From assembly GCA_028534125.1 (NCBI GenBank), contig CM052816.1:65040001-65104000 (forward strand): a DNA stretch of 64,000 bases. The letters run 5' to 3'. Within the stretch, counting starts at the first letter, position 1. Every line of letters starts with the position of its first letter. Below, one piece after another: positions 11,835-24,060 of the stretch. Source of the DNA: Lama glama (Eukaryota). The position numbers and the translations under genes were made by a program. A model generated the notes under the pieces. That model was not told the DNA's origin and did not search any database. It worked only from the letters and a program-made list of their open reading frames with translations.

Positions 11835-14800
11835 TTTCAGATTTAATGACTAAAATTGACAAAATCCTAATATATTTAAAATGTACAGTGTGATGATTTG
11901 ATATATGTATACATATGAAAGGATTACCATTATCAAGTTAATTAACACATCCATCACCTCACATATTTACACCATGTGTGTGAGAGAAAGAATGCTTAAG
12001 ATCTACTCTCTTTGCTAAATTTAATTACACAATAAATTATTTTCAACTACCACCACCATGCTATACATTAGATCCTTGAGCCTTATTCATCTTACGACTG
12101 ATAATTTGTGTCCTTTTCCCAAGCTCTCCTCATATTTCCATCCCTCAGCTCTTGGCAAGTACTATTCTACTCTGTTTCTATGAGTTTGATTTTTTTTTTT
12201 AAAGATTCCACATACAAGTGATACCATGCAGTATTTCTCTTCCTTTGTCTAGCTTATTTCACCTAGCATAGTGCCCTCCAAGTTGTCACAAATAGCAGGA
12301 TTTTCTTTTGTTATGACTGAAAAATATTCCTGTATGTGTATCACATTTTCTTTATCCATTCATTGATGGACACTTAGGTTATTTTTAAACCTTGGTTATT
12401 GTGAATAATACTTCAGTGAGCATGGGAGTACAGATATCTTTTCAGGATAATGATTTCATTTCCTTTGGGTATATTCTCTGACATGAGATTTCTGGATCAG
12501 ATAATATAGTTCATATAAAAGTTTTTTAGGAACCTCCATGCTGTTTTCCATAGTGTCTGCACCAGTTTACATTCCCACCAGCAGTGCACAACTGATCCCT
12601 CTTCTCTACATTTTCACCAACATTTGTTATCACTTTTTTTTAATAACAGACATTTTAACAAGTTTAAGGTAATATCTCATTGTGATTTTAATTTGCATTT
12701 CCATGATGATTAATGATGTCAGTGTACCTAATAGCCATTTGTATGTCTTCTTTGGAAAAATATCTATTTAATTCCTCTGTGCATTTTTAATTGGGTTATT
12801 ATTATTATTACCTATTGAGTCGTATGATGTCTTTATATATTTTAAATATTAACCTCTTATCAGATGTATGGATTACAAATATTTCCTCCCTTTCCATTTT
12901 TTGATGGTGTTCTTTTCTGTGCCAAAGTTTTTTAGCCTCACCTTTTGATTTTTGCTTTTGTTACTTGTGCTTTTGCTGTCATATCCAAAAAAAATCATTG
13001 TCAAAACCAATGTCAAGGAAATTTCATCTATTTTATTCTAGGAATTTTATAGTTTCAGGTTTTACTTTTTAATACATTTTGAGTTGATTTTTGTAAATGG
13101 GGTAAGATAGCGGCCCAGTTTCATTTTTTTTTTGTATGTAAATATCCTGTTTTCAAAGCAACATTTATTAAAGAGACTGTACTTTCCCCATTGAGTATCC
13201 TTGGCTTCTTTGTCAAATATTAGTTGACCATATATGCATGACTTTATTTCTCAGTTTCCAGTTTTGTTCCATTGGTCTATGTATCTGTTTCTATGTCAGT
13301 GTCATACCATTTTGATTAGTATAGCTTTTTAATATAGTTTGAAATCATAACATGTGATGCCTTCAGCTTTATTCTTCTTTCTCAGAATTACTTTGGTTTG
13401 TTGGTATTTTGTTGAGAATTTTTATATCAAATTCATTAGGAATGTGGCCTGTAATTTTATTTTCTTATAGTGTTCTTATTTGTCTTTGGTATCAGGGTAA
13501 TGCTTGCCTGGTAAAATGAGTTTGAGAGTGTTTCTTTTTCTTCAGTTTTTTGGGAGAGTTTGAGAAAGATTGGAATTAATCCCTCTTAAAATATTTGGTA
13601 GAATTCATAAGTAAAACCATAGGGTACTGGGCTTTTCTTGTTTAGAAGTTTTTGATTACTAATTCAGCCTCATTATTCATATTTTTCCATTCAGATTTCT
13701 TATTTCCCCATGATTTGGTTTTGGTACATTTTATGTTTCTAGGAATTCATTTCTTCTAGGTTATACAATTTTTTGATATATAATTGTCCATGATAGTTTC
13801 TTATGATCCTTTATATCTGTGAAATCAGTTATAATATCTTCTCTTTTTATTTCTGATTTTATATATTTGAGTCTTATAACCTTTTCTCTTAGTCTAGTTA
13901 AATGTTTGTCAGTTTTGTTTGCCTTTTTAAAAAGACAACTCTTAGTTTTGTTGAAGTTTTATGTTGTTTTTCTCATCTCTAATTCATTTATCTGTTCTGG
14001 TCTTTGTTATTTCTTCTGTTGACTTTGGGTTAATTTGTACTTTTTCTAATTCCTTGAGGTGTTAAAGTAGGTTGTTTGAAAACTTTCTTATTTCTTAATG
14101 TAGGTCTTTATTGCTATAAACTTTTCTTTTAGAACTTCTTTTGCTACATCCCATACATTTTGGTGTGTTGTGTTTCCATTTTTTGTTTGTTTGGGGATTT
14201 TTAAAAGTTTCCTTTTGATTTATTCTTTGATTATCTTGTTGTTCAAGTATGTGTTGTTTAATTTCCACATATTTATGAAATTTCCAGCTTTCTCCTATTA
14301 GTGATCTTAAGTTTCATACTGTTGTGGTCGGAAAAGATACGCGGTATGATTTAATCTTCTTAAGTTTGCTAAATCTTGTTTTGTGTCTTAATATATAATC
14401 TATCCTGGAGAATGTTCCATGTGTGCTTAATAAGTTTCTGTATTCTACTGCTGTTGGTTGGAATGTTTTGTATGTCTGTTGGGTTCATTTGACCTATAGC
14501 GTTTTTCCAGTCTGCTGTTTCCTTATTGATTTTCTGTCTGAATGATCTATTCATGGTTGAAAGTGGAATATTGAAGCCCTAGGGTGTTACTGTGCTGTTG
14601 TTTATTTCTCCCTTTGATCTGTTAGATTTGCTTAATACATTTGGATATGCCAATGTTGGTTACATATACATTTACAATTGTTATATTCTCTTGATGAATC
14701 AACCCCTTTATCATTGTATAATGACCTTTTTTTGTTTCTTCTTACAGTTTTGTCTCTTTGTTACAGTTACACTCTTAAGTATAGCTACTCCTGCTTTTTT

Positions 14801-16120
14801 GGGTTTCCTTTTGCATAGAATAACTTTTCCCATCCTTTCACTTTTGTCCTTGAAACTGAAATGAGTCTCTTGTAGGCAGCATATAGTTAAGTCTTGCTTT
14901 TTATCTATTCAGCTATTTTGTGTCTTTTGATTAGAGAACTTAATCCATTTACATTTAAAGTAATTATTGATAGGCAGGGATTTACTAGTGCTTTTATTAA
15001 TAGTTTTCTGGTTTTATAGTTTTCTGTCCCTTTCTTCCTCTCTTGCTATCTTCCTTTGTGAATTATTGATTTGTTGTAGTTGTATGTTTGATTCCATTCT
15101 CATTTACTTTTGTGTATCTACTGTAGATCACTGCTTTGTGCTTTAATGAGGCTTACATAAAACAAGTTATAGATATAACAGTCTGTTTTAAATCGATAAC
15201 AACTGAACTTTGATTGCATATAAAAACTCAAAACTTTTACTCCCCCACCCACATTTATGTTTTTGATGTCACAGTTTACCTCATTTTTATTCTGTATATC
15301 CATCAACAAATTATTCTAGTGATACTTATTTTTAATACCTATGTCCTTACATCTTTATATTAGAGTTAAATAATTAATACAGCAATATATTACATTATTA
15401 AAGTTTCTGAATATTACTATACAGTTAACTTTCAAACCACAGGTTTGAACTGCATGCGTCCATTTATACATAGATATATTTTGATAATAAATACCACAGT
15501 GCTATTGATCCATGGTTGGTTGAATCTGCAGATGCGGAGGAACGTCAGATAAGGAGGGCTGATTATAGGTTGTATGTGGATTAACTACCCCCTGACATTG
15601 TTCAAGGGTCAGCTGTACTTATTTTTATCATTGTGTTTTGTATTTTCATATACTGCTTTGTTACTTATTAGCATCTTTTAATTTCAGCTTGAAGAACTCC
15701 TGTCAGCATTTCTTGTAAGCCAGATCCAGCAGTGATGAACAACCTCAGCTTTTGTTTATTTGGGTAAGTTTTTTTTTTTTAATCTCTTTTTCATTTCTGA
15801 AGAACAACTTTGCTGGGTAAAGTATTATTGGTTGGCAGTTTTATCTTTCAGCAATTTGAACATATTATCTCACTTTTTCCTAGCCTGCTGAGAAGTCTGC
15901 TGATAGCCTTATAGGAATTCCCTTGTATGTGAGAGTATATTTTTTTCTCCTTGCTGCTTAAAAGTTTTTTTCTTTGTTTTTGATTTTTAGGCCATTTTAT
16001 TATGTGCCTTAAAGAGAATTGTTTTGAATTGAAATTTTGGGGAGACTTATGAGCTTGAGGTCTAAATTGCTTACCAGTTTTGAGAAACTTCTCAGTTGTT
16101 GTTTCTTTAAATAAGAGTTT
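11835..16120 (-). mobile_element. Older L1 (L1MA9-like 3' end) with ORF2 and upstream portions, internally deleted near 13398
   Basis: 3' end aaattgacaaaatcc...gtgatgatttgatatatgtatac...attaccattatcaagttaattaacacatccatcacctcacat. ORF2 endonuclease-region fragment MNRSFRQKINKETADWKNAIGQMNPTDI at 14369-14554. An abrupt jump in L1 sequence occurs at ttactttgg|tttgttggtattt (~13398). Confidence 0.88.
15422..15615. mobile_element. Tigger2-family MITE inserted in L1
   Basis: TA|cagttaactttcaaaccacaggtttgaactgc ... cattgttcaagggtcagctg|TA. The TIRs resemble CAGTTGACCCTTGAACAAC, and there is a TA duplication at 15420-21 and 15616-17. Confidence 0.85.
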
Positions 16121-17934
16121 TGTGGCTCTTTGAACCTGAACCTTCTATCAGGAAGCTGAAGGAAAACAGCATTTTATTTTTCTTTAGAGACTGCATGCTA
16201 ATTTAATTTTTAAATCTTTGTCTATACTTGGAAATAAGACACAATTCTGTGTGTAATATTAAAATCTGAATTCAAAAATAGTTTCCATTTTTCCTTTCCT
16301 TTTTTGAAGTAAGAGTACCTTAAAAGAGTAAGAGAGAGCCCTACAAGTTCAGTGATGACTTTTGAAATGTAGCAGAATTGTATTGTGTTTGAATTCACTG
16401 TAATATATTCCAAATGTCTCATCTATTTATTACTTTTTCTTACCATAATAGAACATACAAGTGGAGAATGAGAATTTCCTTTATGTCTTTGAATTGCAAA
16501 GGTCACAAAGGGTCAGATAATATGTACAAATCAGCCTTACTGTTATATACATTAATAACAACAAAAAAACATATTGAGTTGCATTTGTTAAAGAAATGAC
16601 ACCATTCAACAAATTGTTCTTGATAGAAGGAAAAATGATATGGGAGTTAAAACTGATATAAAAAACACTGGAAGATATTGAAGGGTTGGAGTGGGAGGAA
16701 AAATGGTGGAGATTAGTGAATGTCTATTTGAGTGTGCAACTGCATTTTCAAAACAGTGATCTAATTATATATCCAGCTATAGTAATTGTTGTTCCATAGT
16801 TATGATTTAATTTAAATATTCTCTTAATTCTCTCTGTGTGATTTTCAGTTGTGCATTTTTTTCAAAATAAAATTCCAGAGGAATACATTTATTTAAAATT
16901 ACTTTAGGAATGTGTTTATACCCAACTTTGAAACTAGTAGAAAGATTTTTTTTTCCTCTTCTAAATGGTTATGAAGGTAGATAACTTCACTGATCTTTTG
17001 GGTACATACATTTATGTTAGTTGAATGGTAGGCAGTTAGTCATAAACAGGAGATATTAAAAAAAATAACACGTTTGATGAAAATGAATTTTCTGAACCCG
17101 ATGAGTTAATTGCGATTTTCCCCGTAATCTGCTTTTATTTTACTAATAGATGTTTATTGATTTGAAGACAAATAAAAACAATTGCCAGACTACATATAAA
17201 CCATGGCCAAATAAAGAATTTATAGTTTTACTCAAGTAGAGGAATTATCTGGAATGCAGGTACAAAAACAATTTGCTGCTCTGGGAATACATAATTTTGA
17301 ATATACATTAAACTACCTGAAAATCCTACTCTAGGGCTGAATGCACTAGCAGTGTGTTAATCACATCCATAAAAATGAATCATTTACAATTGGAGTGGGT
17401 TTCACACTTGAAACATCTCAAAGTGTTTTCCTCTTTGGGTATGCAGAAGTAAACATGCATATATTGTGCTAAAATTTCCACGATAAAACATTATAGGCAT
17501 TTCTTGTACAAATGCCTTGGAATAAAAATTCTCTCATAAATAAAAATGCTTTGGCTTATAAGAAGGCGAACCTACTGACCTTTGATTATAGAGTAATACC
17601 AGAAATTTTTTTATGAAGTGTATTTCAGTAATTGAAACCCTGTTTTTATTATGCAATTAGAGGTATAGTCTCATGGAAAGTAATTTCCCCAGGAGATTGA
17701 GTAGTTAACAACATCATTTCAGTGATGAAGTTGAGACATTGTCCAGATTTATAATGTATTTGAACACTGTAATATGCTTCTAGACATATTAATTTCCATC
17801 TAACTGCTTTTTTTGTTTCACATTTTAAGTTCCATAATACTTTTTCCCATCTATGTTAACTAGTTGTATTCATAGTGAATCTTAGAAAACTTTCTAATGA
17901 TTCTTATTTCTCCATACTTGTAGTTTTCATTACT

Positions 17935-19020
17935 TTATTTTTTTAAATTTTAGTTTAGTTTATTTTTTAATCAAAGTATTGTTGATTTACAATATTATAT
18001 TATTTTCAGATGTTCAGCATAGTGATTCAGTATTTTTGCAGATTATACTCCATTATAAGTTATTGTAAGATAATGGTTATAATTCCCTGTGCTACATGAT
18101 ATATACTTGTTGCTTATCTATTTTATACCTAGCAGTCTTTTAATTCCATGTCCCTGATTTGTCCCTCCCCACTTTCTCTCCCATTTGGTAACCACAAGTT
18201 TGTTTTCTATCTCTCTGAGTCTGTTTCTTTTTTGCATATACATTTGCAAATGTATTATTTTTTAGATTTCACATAAAAATGATATACAGTATTTGTCTTT
18301 CTCTGTTTGATTTATTTCACTAAGCTTAATATTCTCTAGGTCAACCCCCATTACTGTTAATGGCAAAATTTCATTCTTTTTATGGCTGAGTATTATTCCA
18401 GTGTGTGTGTGTGTGTGTGTGTGTGTGATATCTTCTTTATCCATTCCTCTGTTGGTGGGCACTTGGGTTGCTTGGGTTCTGTGTCTTGGCTATTGTAAAT
18501 AGTGCTGCTATGAACATTAGGGTACATGTATCTTTTTGAATTAGTGTTTTTTCCCTAGATGAATACCCAGGAGTGTAATTGGCTGGATCATATAGTTCTT
18601 TTTTGTTTTTTTGAAGAATCTCCATACTTCTTTCCACAGTGGCTGCACCAATTTACATTCCCACCAGCACTGTATGAGGGTTTCCTTTTATCCACATCCT
18701 GACTAACATTTATTGGAAGACCTTCTGATGATAGCCATTCTGATAGATGTGAGGTGATATCTCACTTTTGTTTTGATTTTCAGTTTTCTAATAATTAGTG
18801 ATGTTGAGCATCTTTTCATGTGCCTGTAGCCATCTATATGTCTTCTTTGGAAAAATGTATATTCAGCTCCTTTGTCCATTTTTGATTGGGTTGTTGGGTT
18901 TTGGTTTTTTTTTTTGAGTCGTGTGAGCTGTTTGTGTATTTTGAATATTAATTCACTGTTGGTCACATCATTTACAAATGTTTTCTCCCATTCCATAGGT
19001 AGTCTTTTGATTTTGTTTTT
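17935..19020 (-). mobile_element. L1 3' end (artiodactyl-type), 5'-truncated
   Basis: Poly-T tail, then aagtattgttgatttacaatattatattattttcag. ORF2 C-terminal fragments MEWEKTFVND...HMKRCSTSLIIRKLKIKTKVRYHLTSIRMAII and KDTCTLMFIAALFTIAK. Confidence 0.92.
18401..18427. repeat. (GT)n microsatellite within L1
   Basis: Perfect gt repeat of about 13 units. Confidence 0.95.
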
Positions 19021-19681
19021 GTTTGTTTGTTTGCTTTTTCATTTTTTTGACTGAGGTATAATCAGTTTACAATGTTGTGTCAATTTCTGGTGTACAGCAC
19101 AATTTTTCTGTTATACATTAATATACATATATTCATTTTCATATTCTTTTTCACCATGAGCTGCTACAAGATATTGAATACATTTCCCTGTGCTATACAG
19201 TATAAACTTTTTTATCTATTTTATATATACCAGTCAGTATATGCAAATCTCGAACTCCCAGTTTATCCCTTCCCACCCCAATCCCCCTGGCAACCACAAG
19301 TCTGTATTCTATGTCTGTGAGTCTGTTTCTGTTTTATATATAAGTTCATTTGTCTTTTTGTTTTTTTAGATTCCATATATGAGTAATATCATATGGTATT
19401 TTTCTTTCTCTTTCTGATTTACTTCATTTAGAATGACATTCTCCAGGGACATCCATGTTGCTGCAAATGGCATTATGTTATCATTTTTTATGGCTGAGTA
19501 GTATTCTATTGTATAAATATACCACAACTTCTTTATACAATCATCTGTTGATGAACATTTAGGTTGTTTCCACATCTTGGCTATTGTAAATAGTGCTGTT
19601 GTGAACATTGCAGTGCAGGTATCTTTTCGAATTAGGGTTCCCTCTAGATATATGGCTATGATTGGGATGGCTGGGTCATAA
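19021..19681 (-). mobile_element. Younger (camelid-type) L1 3' end
   Basis: T-rich tail, then gactgaggtataatcagtttacaatgttgtgtcaatttctggtgtacagcac. ORF2 C-terminus MFTTALFTIAKMWKQPKCSSTDDCIKKLWYIYTIEYYSAIK..IMPFAATWMSLENVILNEV. Same family as the copies at 47928, 52451 and 59641. Confidence 0.92.
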
Positions 19682-19709
19682 TCTTCACCTCAGCATGCTT
19701 TTATGTCTT

Positions 19710-21552
19710 AAGAACTGACAAACATTCTAAAATTTGTATGTAAAAACAAAGAATCTAGAGTAGTCAAAATAATCTCAAGAAAGAACAGTTCTACCTGACC
19801 CTAGGCTTCCTATAAAAATTCAGTACTTAAGGCATTAAATTTTTTGCCTAAGAATAGACAAATGGAGAGAATGGAATAGAGTCAAGAAATAGGCTCATGT
19901 TTACACAGTAAATGATTTTTTTCAACACACCAGAGCAATTAAATGAGGGAATGGAGGGTCTTATAACAAATGGTGTTGAAACAATGTAATATCCATATGG
20001 AAAAAAATAAATCTCCTTCTTCATGTCATAAACAAAAATTAATTCATGGTGAATCACAGACCTAAAGTAAAAGCTTAAACTCTTACTGTTGGAAGAAAAT
20101 ATAGGATAATGTTTTCAAGTTGGTGGTTATTATGGACTGAATGTTTTTTGTTCCCCCAAAATTCATATATTAAAATCTAACCCCCAATGTGATGATATTA
20201 GGAGATTGGGCCTTTGGGAAGCACAAGGGTGGAGCTCTCAGAAATAGGATTAGTGTCCTTCTAAGGGACTGAAGAGACCAGAATTCTCCCTTTCTGCCAT
20301 GTGAGGACATAGCAAGAAATGGCTGCATATGAAACAGGAAGCAGACTCTTACCAGACACTGACTCTTCTGATACCTTGATCATGGACTTCCCAGCTTACA
20401 GAACTGTGAAAAATACATTTCTGTTGTTTATAAGCCACCAGTGTATGACATTTCTTTTTTATAGCAGCCTGAACTAAGGCAGTAGTTGACCAGTATTTCT
20501 TTACAAGAAGTAGAAAATAATATCCATAAAAATTGATAAATTAGACTGCTTATCTGAAGACATGATTAAGTAAACGAGTAAGCAAGCCAGTAACAGGATG
20601 ACAATATTTGTAAAACTTATCTGATAAGGGACTTGAATGAGTATCATATAAAAGAACTTCTATACTCAATAAGAAAAAGACAAAAAACTTAATAAACATG
20701 GGCAAAGTACTTCAATGGTCACTTTACAAAAATACATGTATGAATGGCCAATGAACACAATAAAGAGTGTAAAATATTTTCAGTCTTCAGGGAAATGCAT
20801 TTACAACCTCAGTGAGATACTACTACACAGCTGCTAGAATGGCCAACTTTAAAACTATTGACAGCACCAGATATTGGTGAGAATTTGAGCTTCTGAACTT
20901 TCATACATTGCTGATAGGAATATTAAATGTTACAAATACTTTGGAAAAGGGTTTTGCAGTTAAAAAAATGAAGTTACATACACCTACCCTTTGACCTAGT
21001 AATTCTGCTCTGGTTATTTAGAGAAGAAATACAAACTTACATATACTTGAGGACTTGTTTAAAATGTTCATAGTGTTTTTATTCACAGTAGTCCCCAAAA
21101 TGGAAACAACTCACATAGTTATCAACAGGAGAATGAATAAACAAATGTTTGTATAGTTATACAATGGAATACTGCTCATCAATAAAAATGAGTGAACTGC
21201 CGATTCATGCAACGATTGGATGACTCTCACAGACATAATGCTGAGCAAAAGAACAAAAATAAAAAGACTACACCATATATAACGCCATTTATAGAAAGTT
21301 CTAGAAGAAAAATAATGCAAGATTAAAAGAAAAAAGAATGATGATTGCCTCTATGAAGGAAGATTGACTAGAAAGAGACATGAGAGAACTTTCCAGGGAG
21401 ACTGAAATATTTTCTATCATCATTGTGAGGGTATGGGTTGCATGGGTGTATCTATTTGTCAAAATTGTACTATTAAGATTTATGCATTTTCCTGAATTAA
21501 ATTTATCTGAACATTTAAAAATGCCAATAACAACAGTTGCATAAAAAAGAAA
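19710..21552 (+). mobile_element. Old L1M (L1ME/L1MD-like) ORF2 end and 3' UTR
   Basis: gaactgacaaacattctaaaatttgtatg; cacctacccttgacctagtaattctgctc-like ORF2 end; gcaacgattggatgactctcacagacataatgctgagcaaaag; gtatctatttgtcaaaattgtac; A-rich tail near 21545. Confidence 0.85.
20128..20481 (+). mobile_element. MaLR MLT1A-like solo LTR inserted in L1M
   Basis: Starts tattatggactgaatg...cccccaaaattcatatattaaaatctaacccccaatgtgatg and ends atagcagcctgaactaaggca. 5-bp TSD gtggt (20123-27) / gtagt (20482-86). Confidence 0.9.
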
Positions 21553-23389
21553 AAACACTTCTCATTTTATACAGTATACTCTAGTTTGCTTTGTTTCAGA
21601 TTTTCCTGGTAAGTATATTTAAGTGAATAAATTTCAGCTTTTAAGAACTTGGATTAACCTTTAAATAACGATGAAAATGTTGTGACAGCATTTGAAAGTT
21701 CCTATTTGCATAAGAACCAAAATTATGTAATATTTTTGACAATTCAGTGCGTATTAATGTGCCTATTATTTACTTTTAGATCAGTTTCTTTTTTATCAAG
21801 TGGAGACAGCCGTCTGGCTCTGCATTTACCTTTCAAATGTTTAAAACAGGTTGTTCAGGGTGAATGTAAAAATAAGGAAATGCAGGTGGCATCAAAATGA
21901 AAAATAACTAGTAGATATGATAAGTTAAAACTGTGCAGACTACAATGTTTTTAACAACTAAGGTTTCAGGGAAGAAAATATTTGAATGGCCAAAAAAAAA
22001 AAAAAACTTTCTCTTGATCCATTTTAATAGTATTACTCACAGTTATATTTCCAAAGTTGGAAATTGCCATAGAAAGGAAGCAGAATCAAATATCACTTAA
22101 TTAAAGTCATATTTTAAAATCTTAATAATCCAAAAAGTTGACATCATTAATTTTCTCCTTTATCTTGGAGAATTCTTCTTTCGTTATCTTGTATTTGGGT
22201 TTAATTGTTATTACCTTTTACAAAGCATCCCACAAACATATTGTCATACAAATGCATAATAAAAATGAGTGTGGGTATTCCATTTCTGTCTGCTTAACAT
22301 CTCAGGAAAAAGTGTTTTAAATAAACTGGCAGTGAATGATCAGGAGTCTTTTTAATCACTCTTCACCAGGGCTAGCTTAAAAAATAGTTTGTCAGTTTTC
22401 CTGATTGAAAAAAAAAGGAAGTTGTACACTTACAAGTGAACATGACCAAGAAAAAGACACAATAACTGGAGAAAAGATGCCTCAAATCATCAAGAAATTT
22501 TAGAGGTCCTCAACATACACTGTCACACAAGCACCTAATTTCATTTCGGACCATACCATAATAGAAGAGATTTCAAAATTATTTATGTGATCCAGTGAAA
22601 ACATGACATGATTATGGAAACTAGTCATAGAATAGAGAAAAATTAAAGCCTTTCCACTTGTACTGGCATTGATAATACTATCAGTCAGTTCATTGACAAC
22701 ACAAGTCTTTGAAATATTTTTTGTTGGGCAGGGGAATATGACCTATTTGTCTAACAGGGCACATACCTACATTTTAGAAATAAAATATTTTGCATATATT
22801 TTTCTTTGTAATTAAATCTAAAAACTGTAGAATTAGGAAAGATATCCTTTATAACCCTTGAGAAAAAAGGTTATTAATGTTTTATAAAATGAAGTTAAAT
22901 GTTGACTAAAATTATATTTGCTTGGAAAAACTGTAGGATCCTTATAAACTGTTGGCAGGAATGTGTTTTATGTTGTTCAAAATACATATTGCTTCGTCTT
23001 AAGAGTTACAGGTTAATCAATAAAAATTCTTGGCACAGCTAAGTAAGAAAGAGTGACTTGTATTTAGCATACTAAATGTATCTCCGTCGTAAGTGTTATT
23101 CGATACTCTGAACATATTTGTTTTTCAGCTTTATCTAAATGAGCAGTTTATGTGTGGTGAAGGCAGGCTTTGCTCAGCCATGCCTAGACTCTGTTAGGAG
23201 TCTCACAACCCTCAGTTGCTGTAAACCAAATTTATTGAGTCCAAAGTGATATTTAGTTCTTGACACACAGCATTATTTTATTCCTTTAATTATTTGTTTC
23301 TCATTAACAAATAATATGTGTCCTTATGGAGGTAGTTATCCTAGAATGCAGCTTTCTGTGTGTGTTTATATGTGGGAATGGACATAAAT

Positions 23390-23416
23390 ACACACACACA
23401 CGCACACGCACACACG
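23390..23416. repeat. Imperfect (CA)n microsatellite
   Basis: acacacacacacgcacacgcacacacg. Confidence 0.85.
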
Positions 23417-23439
23417 AGTTTGACATTATACTCAATGCA

Positions 23440-24060
23440 AAATGTTGAATCATGCTTTTCTAATAAGCAATTTATCATAAACATTTACCTGTGTTACTGA
23501 AAACTGTATAAATGTATACTATAAATATATCATAATTTACTTAACAATTCTTTCATTGTTGGACATTTCCTTGTATAATATATAATTTTTAAGAGGACAT
23601 CTATGTGCATACTTTTAATCTGCAGTTGGATTATTTATTTAGAATAGATTTCCAGCTATGAAAATGCCAGATCAAAAACTGTTTCCAAATTGCTTTCTAA
23701 AAAGACAGTTTCACTGATTCTGTCAGAGATATGTGTGCTTGTCTCATTGTCCAATTGCCAGACTTACATATTATAATTTTTATTTTAATTATTTACAGAT
23801 GGAATATCATTGTTTTAGTTTGTGTATCTTAGATGACTAATAAGGTTGAAATATACAAATCTGTCTTCTATGCCTTTTTTAGGTTTTTAGAATTTTCTTC
23901 ATGATTAGCATGATCTCTTTCTTTCCTAAGGATTTTATTTGTGTCCATCATGTGGTAACAGATATTATGTCTAGGCATTCACCTTTTAATTATGTTTTTG
24001 ATTTTTAGTTTGGAGAAGTAAATTTCTTTTTATGTGGTTAAATGATATCTTTTGACACTG
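23440..24060 (-). mobile_element. Ancient L1ME-like fragment
   Basis: cataatttacttaacaattctttcattgttggacattt and ccaaattgctttctaaaaagacagtttcactgattc are typical antisense L1ME 3' region motifs. Confidence 0.55.
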
